This document shows, piece after piece, positions 45,992 through 54,179 of a stretch of DNA of 64,000 nucleotides (position 1 is its first letter; each line of letters opens with the position of its first letter). The notes under the pieces are model-generated. The model did not search any database. It saw nothing but the letters and a program-made list of their open reading frames with translations, and had not been told where the DNA came from. The DNA is from a virus. Made by a program: the position numbers and the translations under genes. The stretch is taken from the IMG/VR virus record IMGVR_UViG_3300045988_151707, positions 46,036 through 110,035 of that record; one strand, written 5' to 3'.

Positions 45992-46840
45992 TTAATCTTT
46001 AAACTCTAATTTCTGTTGCATCACTTCGTCTGCATAAAATTCTTTGAAAGACTTCTTGCTTATCCACCATTTCAGGGCCATATCAGGATCTTGCAAAAGC
46101 GGTTTGTCCTTCCATTTGTTTTCGATCAACCATTCAATTGTTTTCCTCCAGTTTTTACCTACGTGCGGGAAATCTTTCATTTCTCGCACATTCTGTTTGT
46201 AGTTCGACATGGGACACATGATACATCCTATCCGTTTATACCCCTTGTCATACAACGAGCAATATTGAATGTGCATTCGTTTCAAGTAGTCCCATACATC
46301 CTTTTCAGTCCAGTAAAGGATAGGAGAAACCAGAATTTTGTCTTTTCCTCCGACGCATGTCACCATCTTTTCCTGATGTTCACTCCACTGATCAAATGTT
46401 CCGGAGAATTTACGGTCTCCCGTTTCAATTTCATTTCTTTTCTTCCGGTTCGTACTCTCCGATTTGCGTATTCCAATCAGGGTAACTTTCCCTGCGCCTG
46501 ACATTTCCTTAAACTCTTCGCAGCACCATCTCACAAGCCGGGTCGGAAGACATCCTTTCTTCTTTGCCATATCATATATGCTCATTTTTGGTTTTATCAG
46601 TTCCACATCGGGATAGTTCTTTTTTGCGAAACGTATAACTTCAGGTGGGTCCACGCTTGTAAGGTTCATGTGAGCCTTGAATTTTACCCCCCCCTGTACG
46701 GCAAGGTGATAGAGGACCTGAGAGTCTTTCCCACCAGAAAACGCCAGATAAAATCCGTTCTCAGGGTCCATTCTCAGTGCCATCTCTTCACTTTTGCGAA
46801 GAAGGTTAATGGAGTATTCTATTTTTTCATCTAGTGTCAT
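45992..46840 (-). CDS. PAPS-reductase/PP-loop family protein
   Basis: ..FYLAFSGGKDSQVLYHL.. (SGGKDS PP-loop), plus ..CIMCP.. Cys motifs. Confidence 0.8.
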   Translation of the reverse strand: MTLDEKIEYSINLLRKSEEMALRMDPENGFYLAFSGGKDSQVLYHLAVQGGVKFKAHMNLTSVDPPEVIRFAKKNYPDVELIKPKMSIYDMAKKKGCLPTRLVRWCCEEFKEMSGAGKVTLIGIRKSESTNRKKRNEIETGDRKFSGTFDQWSEHQEKMVTCVGGKDKILVSPILYWTEKDVWDYLKRMHIQYCSLYDKGYKRIGCIMCPMSNYKQNVREMKDFPHVGKNWRKTIEWLIENKWKDKPLLQDPDMALKWWISKKSFKEFYADEVMQQKLEFKD

Positions 46841-46856
46841 TTCTTTTAAGATTTAG

Positions 46857-46951
46857 TCCCGCGCGGGGGAGTCGAACCCCTGAAATGTGAATTTGTCAAA
46901 ACTTTTAAACTAAACATTATGGAAAACGTGCGCCGACGCACTTCACGCGGG
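46857..46951 (-). other. tRNA-like element (acceptor stem plus canonical T-arm, aberrant core)
   Basis: Minus strand reads CCCGCGT...AGGGG-TTCGACT-CCCCC-GCGCGGG-A. 7-bp acceptor pairing and a TTCGANY T-loop. The D-arm region is a 5-bp/4-nt hairpin, and about 45 nt replace the anticodon arm. Confidence 0.35.
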
Positions 46952-46971
46952 AGCCATTTTATTCAACTTGG

Positions 46972-47310
46972 CTATTTAGAACTAATTACTTTTTCTTCAC
47001 CAGGATTTCCCTGAAACCATATCTGAATACCCAGAAATTTCGCCACCCTGAACTCGATTCTTGCTCCACGGCTTGACTTCCAGTTCTGCTGCAGGTAGAT
47101 GTGACCGCAACGGGAAAGCAGCAGAATGTCCCACACCATGTGCATCCAGTACGGGCGCGATGGTTTCAGTCCGAGAATGATAGGATTTACGGGAGTGAAA
47201 CCCATCGCGGAAATCTCCTGATCTGCATTCTCAAAGTTCTTGTATGCATACAGGTAGGAAAGACCGCCTATTTTACCGGAGTTATAGCATTTTATGTTTT
47301 TCTTTGCCAT
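46972..47310 (-). CDS. DUF4406-like (nucleoside 2-deoxyribosyltransferase-like fold) protein
   Basis: ..SGKIGGLSY..NPI..YWMHMVWDILLLSRCGHIYLQQNWKSSRGARIEFRVAKFLG.. Confidence 0.5.
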   Translation of the reverse strand: MAKKNIKCYNSGKIGGLSYLYAYKNFENADQEISAMGFTPVNPIILGLKPSRPYWMHMVWDILLLSRCGHIYLQQNWKSSRGARIEFRVAKFLGIQIWFQGNPGEEKVISSK

Positions 47311-47397
47311 GTATTTCAGGTTTTACAAAGGGCTCCGCACGGATGCGGAACCCTGAATTTACAAATACCTTTTATCACCCAACATGTCATTGTATGA

Positions 47398-47468
47398 CAT
47401 GGCAAATGTAACAATTTTCAACCGAAATCGCATTAAAATTGTTGCTAAATTTCATAAAACCTCCGATT
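47398..47468 (-). promoter_or_regulatory. ~70-bp promoter-operator module, copy b
   Basis: catggcaaatgtaacaattttcaaccgaaatcgcattaaaattgttgctaaatttcataaaacctccgatt. The minus strand gives a TAcaTTTG -7 box. Confidence 0.55.
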
Positions 47469-47694
47469 TTATATGGATTCTTGCTGATGTAACAGATGCA
47501 ATACGCTGAATAAGTGATAGATAAATGCCATCTTTGTCTTTTATGGTAAAAACGACGCTTCGTTCTACTCCTTTTTTGGCATTCCGGATAGATATTTCGG
47601 GCTCTTTACCTGCTTCAATCCACTCCATGAGTGCAGCTGCTGTGTACGACTGTTCGAAGCATAGAACGTAGGTCCGGTTGGCGAGTGTGAGCAT
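47452..47694 (-). CDS. hypothetical protein
   Basis: 80-aa ORF. Its last codons overlap module b. Confidence 0.45.
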   Translation of the reverse strand: MLTLANRTYVLCFEQSYTAAALMEWIEAGKEPEISIRNAKKGVERSVVFTIKDKDGIYLSLIQRIASVTSARIHIKSEVL

Positions 47695-47704
47695 AGAGTA
47701 AGGT

Positions 47705-48142
47705 TTACCAGTTCAATAATGAAAAACGTCTGGAATGTTTGGGATGCAGCATTTCCATTTTCCGCAGTCGTTCGTCGTCAATCACCACATTCGGCACATC
47801 GCACGAGTCGCAGGATGGTTTCATCACACGCACAATACCGAGCGCGACGGCCATCACCAGCAGGCGCTCGGCTGAATCGAGCGTGGCCCCTTCGTATCGG
47901 CTTCCGTTACCGCGTGCCAGAATCCATGGAGCGCCTTCCGGACGATTGCTGTAACGCATCACGCGAGGAAGTCCCTTCACAGCCGAAAGCACAAACATAT
48001 ATTTTTCTTCCAGCCGGCTACGGCAAAAGGTATGCGCACCTTCCGTAAGTCCCGGAACGGTTACGGTTTCTCCGCAACGCTCGTTTGTGCGGTAGGTGGC
48101 ATACTGGTATATGTGGTTTATTGTGTCGGTGGTGACGTTCAT
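47705..48142 (-). CDS. hypothetical protein
   Basis: 145 aa, 4-nt overlap with the MTase gene. Confidence 0.55.
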   Translation of the reverse strand: MNVTTDTINHIYQYATYRTNERCGETVTVPGLTEGAHTFCRSRLEEKYMFVLSAVKGLPRVMRYSNRPEGAPWILARGNGSRYEGATLDSAERLLVMAVALGIVRVMKPSCDSCDVPNVVIDDERLRKMEMLHPKHSRRFSLLNW

Positions 48143-48804
48143 GGCTTAAATAAATCTCCTTGTATTAGTTTACCGTTTGCGGTATTAATCTCATTCATGC
48201 ACTCCTCACGGAATCTATTTTCTTGCGCATCGAAATAATCTTTGTCTATTTCTGTGGCATAGAAATCAAATCCCATTTTGTAAGCAGCTATTCTGCTACT
48301 TCCGCTTCCAAGGTGAGTGTCCAGAATCTTATCACCTGGCTTAGCAAAAGTACGTAAAAGATAAGCATACAGGTCGATTGGCTTTTGCGTGGGATGAAAT
48401 TTACCCTTGTCTGCTTTACCTCCCTTATTTGATATGCTTATATGCTTTGCTGGTTTATTAAACGATGTCCATGCAAATTCGCATTGAGAGAAGTTTTCCC
48501 AAACTTGTTTTTTGTCCCAACATACAAAACATCTTGTTGGAGGAAGAGGAAAGTAATTACCTCCCCAAATAATCTGATTCTGGCTTACGCGAAACAATTC
48601 ATCAAAGTATTCCTTTGTAGGACGGATGTCCCATCGCTGGATATTTCCCCTGTTTAGACACCTGTTTTTAAGTTTACCTCTTCCATGGGTACTTTTTTTG
48701 TCTAATCCGTATGGAGGGTCCACGATGGCCAGTTCAAAAAACTTGTCGGGTATGGAGCGCATGTATTCCATGCAGTCCATGTTATATGTTTCGCTTATTG
48801 GCAT
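48139..48804 (-). CDS. DNA N6-adenine/N4-cytosine methyltransferase (DPPY type)
   Basis: ..ELAIVDPPYG.. and ..HPTQKP..ILDTHLGSGSS.. Confidence 0.85.
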   Translation of the reverse strand: MPISETYNMDCMEYMRSIPDKFFELAIVDPPYGLDKKSTHGRGKLKNRCLNRGNIQRWDIRPTKEYFDELFRVSQNQIIWGGNYFPLPPTRCFVCWDKKQVWENFSQCEFAWTSFNKPAKHISISNKGGKADKGKFHPTQKPIDLYAYLLRTFAKPGDKILDTHLGSGSSRIAAYKMGFDFYATEIDKDYFDAQENRFREECMNEINTANGKLIQGDLFKP

Positions 48805-48808
48805 ACCA

Positions 48809-49393
48809 CTATCTTACTACAAGATTATTCTTTTCAACCAGATGCACACAGTTTATTTGAGCCAGGCAGTCGGCCAGCGGAGTGTGTCTGTCCGCCACCT
48901 TCGGAGGAAGAAGACCTGCATTATCCAGAGCATCCATATACGGACGCACATCGCGCACTTTCCGGAAGTTCCACGGAAGCACTTCTTCGTCGCATCTGTA
49001 CACGTTCAAGTTATACCATGAATACATGGAACGAAGCATAGCCACGTCGAAATCCAGCTGAAGACACCATAACGTGAAGTCGTTCCCTTCGTCCGTAGCA
49101 GCTATAAACTGCATGAAATCCTCCAGGAAATCCTCCAGTGGTGTTTCTGCTCCTTCCACAAATTCGCGTCGTGCTTCGTCCGACTGCATCATCCACCATT
49201 TAAGTGTGGATGCTTCTACCTTAAAACTGTATCGGATAGAATCGGTAAGGTCTATTTTCCAAACCTTCTGTCGTCCGGTTTCACCCGTTTGCGGGTCAAA
49301 CTCTACGGCAGCCACCGAACGGACCACGCTTCCAGGTGTCCTTCCCAGCGTTTCCGTATCTATCATTACATGCTTGAATTTCTTCTCTCCCAT
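48809..49393 (-). CDS. DEDD-type 3'-5' exonuclease
   Basis: ..HVMIDTETLG.. is an Exo I motif. 194 aa. Confidence 0.6.
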   Translation of the reverse strand: MGEKKFKHVMIDTETLGRTPGSVVRSVAAVEFDPQTGETGRQKVWKIDLTDSIRYSFKVEASTLKWWMMQSDEARREFVEGAETPLEDFLEDFMQFIAATDEGNDFTLWCLQLDFDVAMLRSMYSWYNLNVYRCDEEVLPWNFRKVRDVRPYMDALDNAGLLPPKVADRHTPLADCLAQINCVHLVEKNNLVVR

Positions 49394-49399
49394 AATCTT

Positions 49400-49684
49400 T
49401 CATTTATGTTGAATCAGTCCGTCTTTACCCACACGGCGTTTCTGGTCTTCCGTAGCTTTTTCTTTCGGAAATCTTCCGTGCCATTTTCCTGGAATATATC
49501 TTGCGTGATTTCCGGTTTCGTCAAACTCTATTTTACAGCATTCCGAACAAAGCGGTTTCCATTTGTACGGCAGAAGACTTTCGTCCCATTCTGCATCTGG
49601 CGCAAGTCTTGTCACAATGCTCCAGTATTCCGAAGTGGCGGTGTTGTCCACGCACCCGCATTTTGCACAAATAAAACATCCCAT
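49400..49684 (-). CDS. Cys-rich (zinc-binding?) small protein
   Basis: MGCFICAKCGC..CSECC.. Confidence 0.5.
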   Translation of the reverse strand: MGCFICAKCGCVDNTATSEYWSIVTRLAPDAEWDESLLPYKWKPLCSECCKIEFDETGNHARYIPGKWHGRFPKEKATEDQKRRVGKDGLIQHK

Positions 49685-49685
49685 G

Positions 49686-49820
49686 TCAATCCTCCATCAT
49701 TTGTTTTATCATTTTCAATAGTTCTTTAAATGCAGAAACAGTTATTCCTATTGCAAAAAGAATACTCCATCCAAAAGCTACACTTAACATAGCAACCAGA
49801 AAAATATTAAACGGATTCAT
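49686..49820 (-). CDS. small TM protein (44 aa)
   Basis: MNPFNIFLVAMLSVAFGWSILFAIGITV.. The upstream part of the track ORF looks non-coding. Confidence 0.4.
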   Translation of the reverse strand: MNPFNIFLVAMLSVAFGWSILFAIGITVSAFKELLKMIKQMMED

Positions 49821-50013
49821 TATTTCTTTTGTATATAGGTTTTTCACGAAGCACATCCAGCGCCATGTCGGCCTTTCGCACCATGGCCAGCGTTTCCGAC
49901 GCATAGAGGTCGCCGGCAGCCATGCGTGCCAGAAGTATCTCGCGGTATTCCGCACGCGAAACTACTTCACCAATTACCGGAGGCTTGCGGAAAAGATTCA
50001 CCTGGTAGCTCAT
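49807..50013 (-). CDS. hypothetical protein
   Basis: 68-aa ORF. Confidence 0.45.
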   Translation of the reverse strand: MSYQVNLFRKPPVIGEVVSRAEYREILLARMAAGDLYASETLAMVRKADMALDVLREKPIYKRNNESV

Positions 50014-50489
50014 ACTTTCTTCCGTTTTGATTCAAACTCCTGCTGGAGGATGGTTTCGTATTCCTCGCCCAGCGGATAGCGGCTGCACAGGTACGCCTTT
50101 CCGTTGTAGATAAACCACTGAGGAGTGTGCTGGCGGTTTATGGGAATGCCAAACGCTACCCGGAAATCGTCGGAGGTCACGTCAGGCAGGTCCATGATTT
50201 TACGTGCTATCTCCTGCCCTTTCTCGTTCTGCATATTCGGGATATATTCTCCCTTACCGATAAACTGGTAGGCAAAAAGGTTGGGAACTCTATGGAACTT
50301 CAGGCTTCCGATTCCTACTCCCGGGAACAGTCGTCCCGGACGGTCCGTCCGCGATTCAGCACCCAGACTGGCAGCCAGTTCGTTGGCCGCTTCCACCGCT
50401 CTATTCCCTTTCTCAATCAGTTCCTGAATGCAGCGTCCGCGATGCGTGTTCGATAGCGACACCTTGTAGTAATATCTTTTTTCTTCCAT
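50010..50489 (-). CDS. hypothetical protein
   Basis: 159 aa, 4-nt overlap with its neighbour. Confidence 0.55.
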   Translation of the reverse strand: MEEKRYYYKVSLSNTHRGRCIQELIEKGNRAVEAANELAASLGAESRTDRPGRLFPGVGIGSLKFHRVPNLFAYQFIGKGEYIPNMQNEKGQEIARKIMDLPDVTSDDFRVAFGIPINRQHTPQWFIYNGKAYLCSRYPLGEEYETILQQEFESKRKKV

Positions 50490-50496
50490 GCCGTTT

Positions 50497-50610
50497 TCAG
50501 ATAAATTGTTTTACAAGACAAATGATTCCATACAGGCAGAATCCTACTACCATTACCAGGCCAATCAGGATAAGGCATCCCTGCATGGCCATCTTCTTAA
50601 ATTCATTCAT
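50497..50610 (-). CDS. small TM protein (37 aa)
   Basis: Read manually: MNEFKKMAMQGCLILIGLVMVVGFCLYGIICLVKQFI. ATGAATGA overlap with the upstream stop. Confidence 0.35.
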   Translation of the reverse strand: MNEFKKMAMQGCLILIGLVMVVGFCLYGIICLVKQFI

Positions 50611-51010
50611 AATCCACTCCTTTCTCCAGCGTCATGCCGGGAATGTAATACATTCCGCAGGTGTTCAGTTTTTCGAGTGCCGTCTGTATGCTCTTCTGTG
50701 AATTGTTCACGTAGTTCACCAGATATGCTTTCTTCCCGTTGTACATAGCAGGAATGAATACCGGCATTACCTGGTTCCACGGCAGCACACCTCGCGGCAC
50801 ATTACGCATCAGGCAGTCGTCTGTGGGAATTTCCTCGGCATCCTTTGGCAGATGTTCAAGAAAAATGTGTGAGTCGCCTTCCTCGGCGAGCGTAGTAATA
50901 AGGGGATTTTGCAGTTTAGAAAACAGAGCTTTGTTAAGCTCTCTGCGTCGTTGGTTAGTATAGATCATTTGCCCTGCTTTAATGGTTAATTCATTGTTTT
51001 TCTTTCGCAT
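50603..51010 (-). CDS. hypothetical protein
   Basis: Trimmed to MRKKNNELT. The ATG abuts the -7 box, so the true start may be the downstream Met. Confidence 0.5.
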   Translation of the reverse strand: MRKKNNELTIKAGQMIYTNQRRRELNKALFSKLQNPLITTLAEEGDSHIFLEHLPKDAEEIPTDDCLMRNVPRGVLPWNQVMPVFIPAMYNGKKAYLVNYVNNSQKSIQTALEKLNTCGMYYIPGMTLEKGVDYE

Positions 51011-51078
51011 GGCAAATGTAACAATTTTAAACAAGAATCGCATTAAAATTGTACCTAAAATTCAAAAAACCACCGATT
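51008..51078 (-). promoter_or_regulatory. ~70-bp promoter-operator module, copy c
   Basis: catggcaaatgtaacaattttaaacaagaatcgcattaaaattgtacctaaaattcaaaaaaccaccgatt. About 85% identical to copy b. Confidence 0.55.
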
Positions 51079-51110
51079 CACACCTGAACCGGTGCTGAAT
51101 ATCAAGTGAG

Positions 51111-52361
51111 CTACTCACGCCTAAAGGCATGAGCTTCGGAGATACCAATACCTCCTCTCTTTTCCTGCTTCTTCCTATCATTGCTTTTTAGGACACGAGG
51201 TCGGTCATCCACAAGAGGACAGTCCACAGGCTTGACTTTCCCACGCTCCGTGGGTAGGGCTTTCAAGCCAAATTCCTTGATGTTGCAAGCGGCATTGAAG
51301 TCCCGGTCGTGATGTGTACCACATTCCGGGCATGTCCAACTGCGCTCGCTAAGATTCAATTCTTTGTACACATAGCCGCATTTGCCGCAGGTCTTCGAAC
51401 TTGGGGCAAAGCGGTCTATCTTAATGAGGTTCACGCCATACCAACTGCACTTGTATTCAAGCAAAGTTAGGAACATACCGAAAGAAGCATCTCCTACGGC
51501 TTGTGCCAAATGGTGGTTACGCTGCATACCTTTCACGTTCAAATCTTCCATGCAGATAGTGCGCACTTGGCTGTCGTGCGTGAGTGCATGGGTGATTTTG
51601 TGAAGGCTGTCCTTACGGCTGTTAGCTATGTGTTCCTGTAGCCGGGCTACACGGATGCGTGCCTTGTTGCGGTTGGCAGAACCTTTCTGTTTGCGGCTCA
51701 ACCGCTTTTGTAGCAACTTCAAGCGGTCTAAGCTTCTCTGCAAGTTCTTAGGATTGTCAAACGTGCGTCCGTCAGAACATACGGCAAGCGACTTGATACC
51801 TAAATCAATACCTAAAGCCGTATCTCCCTGTATCGCTGAAGCCGGAAGTTCCTGGATGGTCGTATCAACCAACACGGAAGCAAAGTATCTACCCGAAGGT
51901 GTCATGCTGACGGTAACGGTCTTCACGGTACCTTTGAACCTGCGGTGCAGCACGGCAGGAATGTCTTTCGCCTTGGGGATTGTGATTGTTCCTTTCACAA
52001 AGTCCACGTTGCAATGCTGCGGACACTGGAAACTCTGCTTGCTTTTCCGGCTCTTGAATTTCGGAAAACCGACCGCATGAGTGTCACGGAAGAAGTTTTT
52101 GTAGGCGGTATCAAGGTTGCGGATGGAATTCAGGAGGGCTTGTGAATTTACCTCTGTCAGCCATTGGTTTTCCTTCTTCAGTTCGTTCACCATCCGGTCT
52201 TGAACTTCCTTGTAAGCTACAGACTTCTTATCCTGCTTGTAGGCTTCAATCTTCAGGTTGAGTGCCCAGTTATAGACAAAGCGGCAGCAGCCGAAGGTCT
52301 TGGCAAATAAGACCTTCTGTTCTTCTGTCGGATAGATTCTATATTTGTAGGCTCTCAGCAT
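51111..52361 (-). CDS. tnpB: TnpB (OrfB) RuvC-like RNA-guided nuclease family
   Basis: MLRAYKYRIYPTEEQKVLFAKTFGCCRFVYNWAL..GIDLGIK..CGKCG..CPECGTHHDRDFNAACNI. Confidence 0.9.
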   Translation of the reverse strand: MLRAYKYRIYPTEEQKVLFAKTFGCCRFVYNWALNLKIEAYKQDKKSVAYKEVQDRMVNELKKENQWLTEVNSQALLNSIRNLDTAYKNFFRDTHAVGFPKFKSRKSKQSFQCPQHCNVDFVKGTITIPKAKDIPAVLHRRFKGTVKTVTVSMTPSGRYFASVLVDTTIQELPASAIQGDTALGIDLGIKSLAVCSDGRTFDNPKNLQRSLDRLKLLQKRLSRKQKGSANRNKARIRVARLQEHIANSRKDSLHKITHALTHDSQVRTICMEDLNVKGMQRNHHLAQAVGDASFGMFLTLLEYKCSWYGVNLIKIDRFAPSSKTCGKCGYVYKELNLSERSWTCPECGTHHDRDFNAACNIKEFGLKALPTERGKVKPVDCPLVDDRPRVLKSNDRKKQEKRGGIGISEAHAFRRE

Positions 52362-52438
52362 AGATAATTATTGGCTAGATATATTGCAAATATATAACTT
52401 TATACTTATATTTGCAAATATGTAATACGTTATTTATT

Positions 52439-52843
52439 ATGACATTAGCAAAAAGATATACATCAAATTCCCATTGCGTTTTCAATTTGGGTTATCACAT
52501 TGTATTTTGTCCGAAGTATAGGCGAAAAGTACTGGTAAACGGAGTGGATGAACGATTGAAAATTCTGTTGCAGCAGAAAGCAGACGAACTTGGAATCACC
52601 CTGGAAAACATGGAAGTCATGCCCGATCATGTCCATCTCTTTATCCGAAGCAAGCCTATATATGCCATCCATTTTGTAATCAATCAGTTGAAGGGTTATT
52701 CTTCTGTTTGCTTACGAAAGGAGTTTCCATGGCTACGTAGCCGATTACCATCACTTTGGACCCGTTCCTATTTTGTAGAGTCCGTTGGTCATATATCCGA
52801 GGAAACGGTAAGAAAATATATAGAAAACCAAAAGAATGTCTGA
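52439..52843 (+). CDS. tnpA: IS200/IS605 Y1 (HUH) transposase
   Basis: ..LGYHIVFCPKYRRKVL..MPDHVHLFI..YSSVCLRKEF.. Confidence 0.9.
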   Translation: MTLAKRYTSNSHCVFNLGYHIVFCPKYRRKVLVNGVDERLKILLQQKADELGITLENMEVMPDHVHLFIRSKPIYAIHFVINQLKGYSSVCLRKEFPWLRSRLPSLWTRSYFVESVGHISEETVRKYIENQKNV

Positions 52844-52915
52844 ACAAAAGCGCTATCATCCCCTGCCTAAAGACAGGGGAATTCCCGCTTAATTCTTAAT
52901 TGAAGTGTATGTTTT

Positions 52916-53335
52916 TTACCGTCTGTTTTCCTCTTCAATGTTGGAAATCATTTCTTCATACACTTGCGGAGTTGTTGCTGGGTCCTCTGTGTCTGTCGTA
53001 CCTATTTGCCGTATCACCACTTCACATCCCAGGAAGTGAGCCATGCGCAGGAAGTTCACTATGTGTGTGTCTTTTCCCCGAGAAATGTCGCGGATAGCTT
53101 CGTAGGAAACGCCCGTATCTTTGTCGGCCGTCATGAAATTTACTCCGCAAATCTTAGCACGGTTGAAAAGAAACAATCCGATTTCGCGTGCTGATTTCAT
53201 TGCGCTGTCCGGATAACGCGGAGGATTTTTCGGCAGATTCAGTGCACGATGAATGTTGTAACGGCGGTATCTTACCACCAGATAGCCTGCGAAAAGCAGG
53301 ACGCAGATAACTGAGAAAATTGTTGTTCCGTCCAT
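52916..53335 (-). CDS. membrane-anchored HTH protein
   Basis: N-terminal TM helix (TIFSVICVLLFAGYLVV) plus an XRE-like segment ..TGVSYEAIRDISRGKDTHIVNFLRMAHFLG.. Confidence 0.5.
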   Translation of the reverse strand: MDGTTIFSVICVLLFAGYLVVRYRRYNIHRALNLPKNPPRYPDSAMKSAREIGLFLFNRAKICGVNFMTADKDTGVSYEAIRDISRGKDTHIVNFLRMAHFLGCEVVIRQIGTTDTEDPATTPQVYEEMISNIEEENRR

Positions 53336-53339
53336 AATT

Positions 53340-53567
53340 TTACTCTATTTCGTTTAAACTTTCAATTGATTCTTCAATGCTTGAGAGGGCTTCTTCCATG
53401 TATTCTATGTACTCTTGCATCCGCTCTCCTTTTTCGGATTCCTGGAAAGACTCAGGTAGATTGTCAAAGGCTTCCTGTTCTTCGTCTTTGAGTTCTTCAA
53501 GTTCCTCATATACTTTTCTTAACGACTCTCTTACGTCTTCGATTTCTTTTCTTCTTTTCTTATTCAT
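53340..53567 (-). CDS. acidic coiled-coil small protein
   Basis: 75 aa, with ..EQEAFDNLPESFQESEKGERMQE.. Confidence 0.5.
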   Translation of the reverse strand: MNKKRRKEIEDVRESLRKVYEELEELKDEEQEAFDNLPESFQESEKGERMQEYIEYMEEALSSIEESIESLNEIE

Positions 53568-53592
53568 ACGTTTATAATTTAAAAATGAAGAA

Positions 53593-53666
53593 GGCCGGCG
53601 GGGTATTACTCTCCGTCGGCCTTTGCTCTAACTTAAAACTTCGCTTCGCAGCGGCAGGAAATTATG
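53593..53666 (+). repeat. intergenic unit I1 (inverted orientation)
   Basis: Stem ggccggcgggg/ctccgtcggcc, box CTCTAAC at 53626-53632, then ggaaattatg. Confidence 0.7.
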
Positions 53667-53673
53667 ATTATTA

Positions 53674-53913
53674 TCATTTCAGAAAACATAATCCGCAACG
53701 GTATTCTTTCTTATCTTCCGGAACTTCATATTCAAGCAGGTATTCCGCAAAGAAATCTTTCGCTTCCTGTTCAGTTCCGTTTACATCTTCACAAGCGCTG
53801 TCGTCAAAAATTATTTTCCCATCACATACAAGACGGTAGTATCCGCTTATGGACTGTTCGCATTCAAAATTCTTTCCTGTTGCTTTTACTACATCCTCAA
53901 AACTAGCTTTCAT
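53674..53913 (-). CDS. hypothetical acidic protein
   Basis: 79 aa. Preferred over the antisense track ORF 53664-53906, which is low-complexity. Confidence 0.5.
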   Translation of the reverse strand: MKASFEDVVKATGKNFECEQSISGYYRLVCDGKIIFDDSACEDVNGTEQEAKDFFAEYLLEYEVPEDKKEYRCGLCFLK

Positions 53914-53964
53914 GACTCTAAACAGTTTTTCCCGTGTGCCTCACGATTTGATTAAACATTTGTA

Positions 53965-54025
53965 GTCCGAAAGAGTATCACCTCCGCCGGACTTGTTCTA
54001 ACTTAAAACTAACTTGTGGAATTAT
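53965..54025 (+). repeat. intergenic unit I2 (inverted, start codon lost: GGAATTATT)
   Basis: Loop gagtatcac, box TTCTAAC at 53996-54002. Confidence 0.65.
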
Positions 54026-54099
54026 TTTGTAAACTGTTTATATGTATTTCCCATAATTCTAAAAGTTTGACGTTGTAAATATAGTTATTTTTCACAAGT

Positions 54100-54179
54100 A
54101 GCCGAAGGAAAATCACTTTTCCTACGGCTGATTTACTAACTTAAAAACTAACGCTTCACAGCGTGACCGATGGAATTAT
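54100..54179 (+). repeat. intergenic unit I3 (inverted, GGAATTATA)
   Basis: Stem agccgaagg/cctacggct, box TACTAAC at 54134-54140. Confidence 0.65.

Larger units (their letters stand above)
51086..52890. mobile_element. IS200/IS605-family insertion sequence (divergent tnpA/tnpB); ends approximate
   Basis: Contains tnpB and tnpA. Subterminal hairpins with similar loops at both ends: ctcacgc-ctaaag-gcatgag (51114-51133) and tcccctg-cctaaaga-cagggga (52859-52880). Confidence 0.75.

Noticed and set aside
46857-46951. Bona fide tRNA gene
   Set aside because: I could not draw a D-arm or anticodon arm. It is reported only as a tRNA-like element.
53664-53906. 80-aa plus-strand ORF preceded by inverted unit I1
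   Set aside because: Its sequence is low-complexity (MIIIIS.., ..LLLLLHPQN). The antisense 79-aa ORF looks like a real acidic protein. This remains somewhat uncertain because unit I1 supplies a GGAAATTATG start context.
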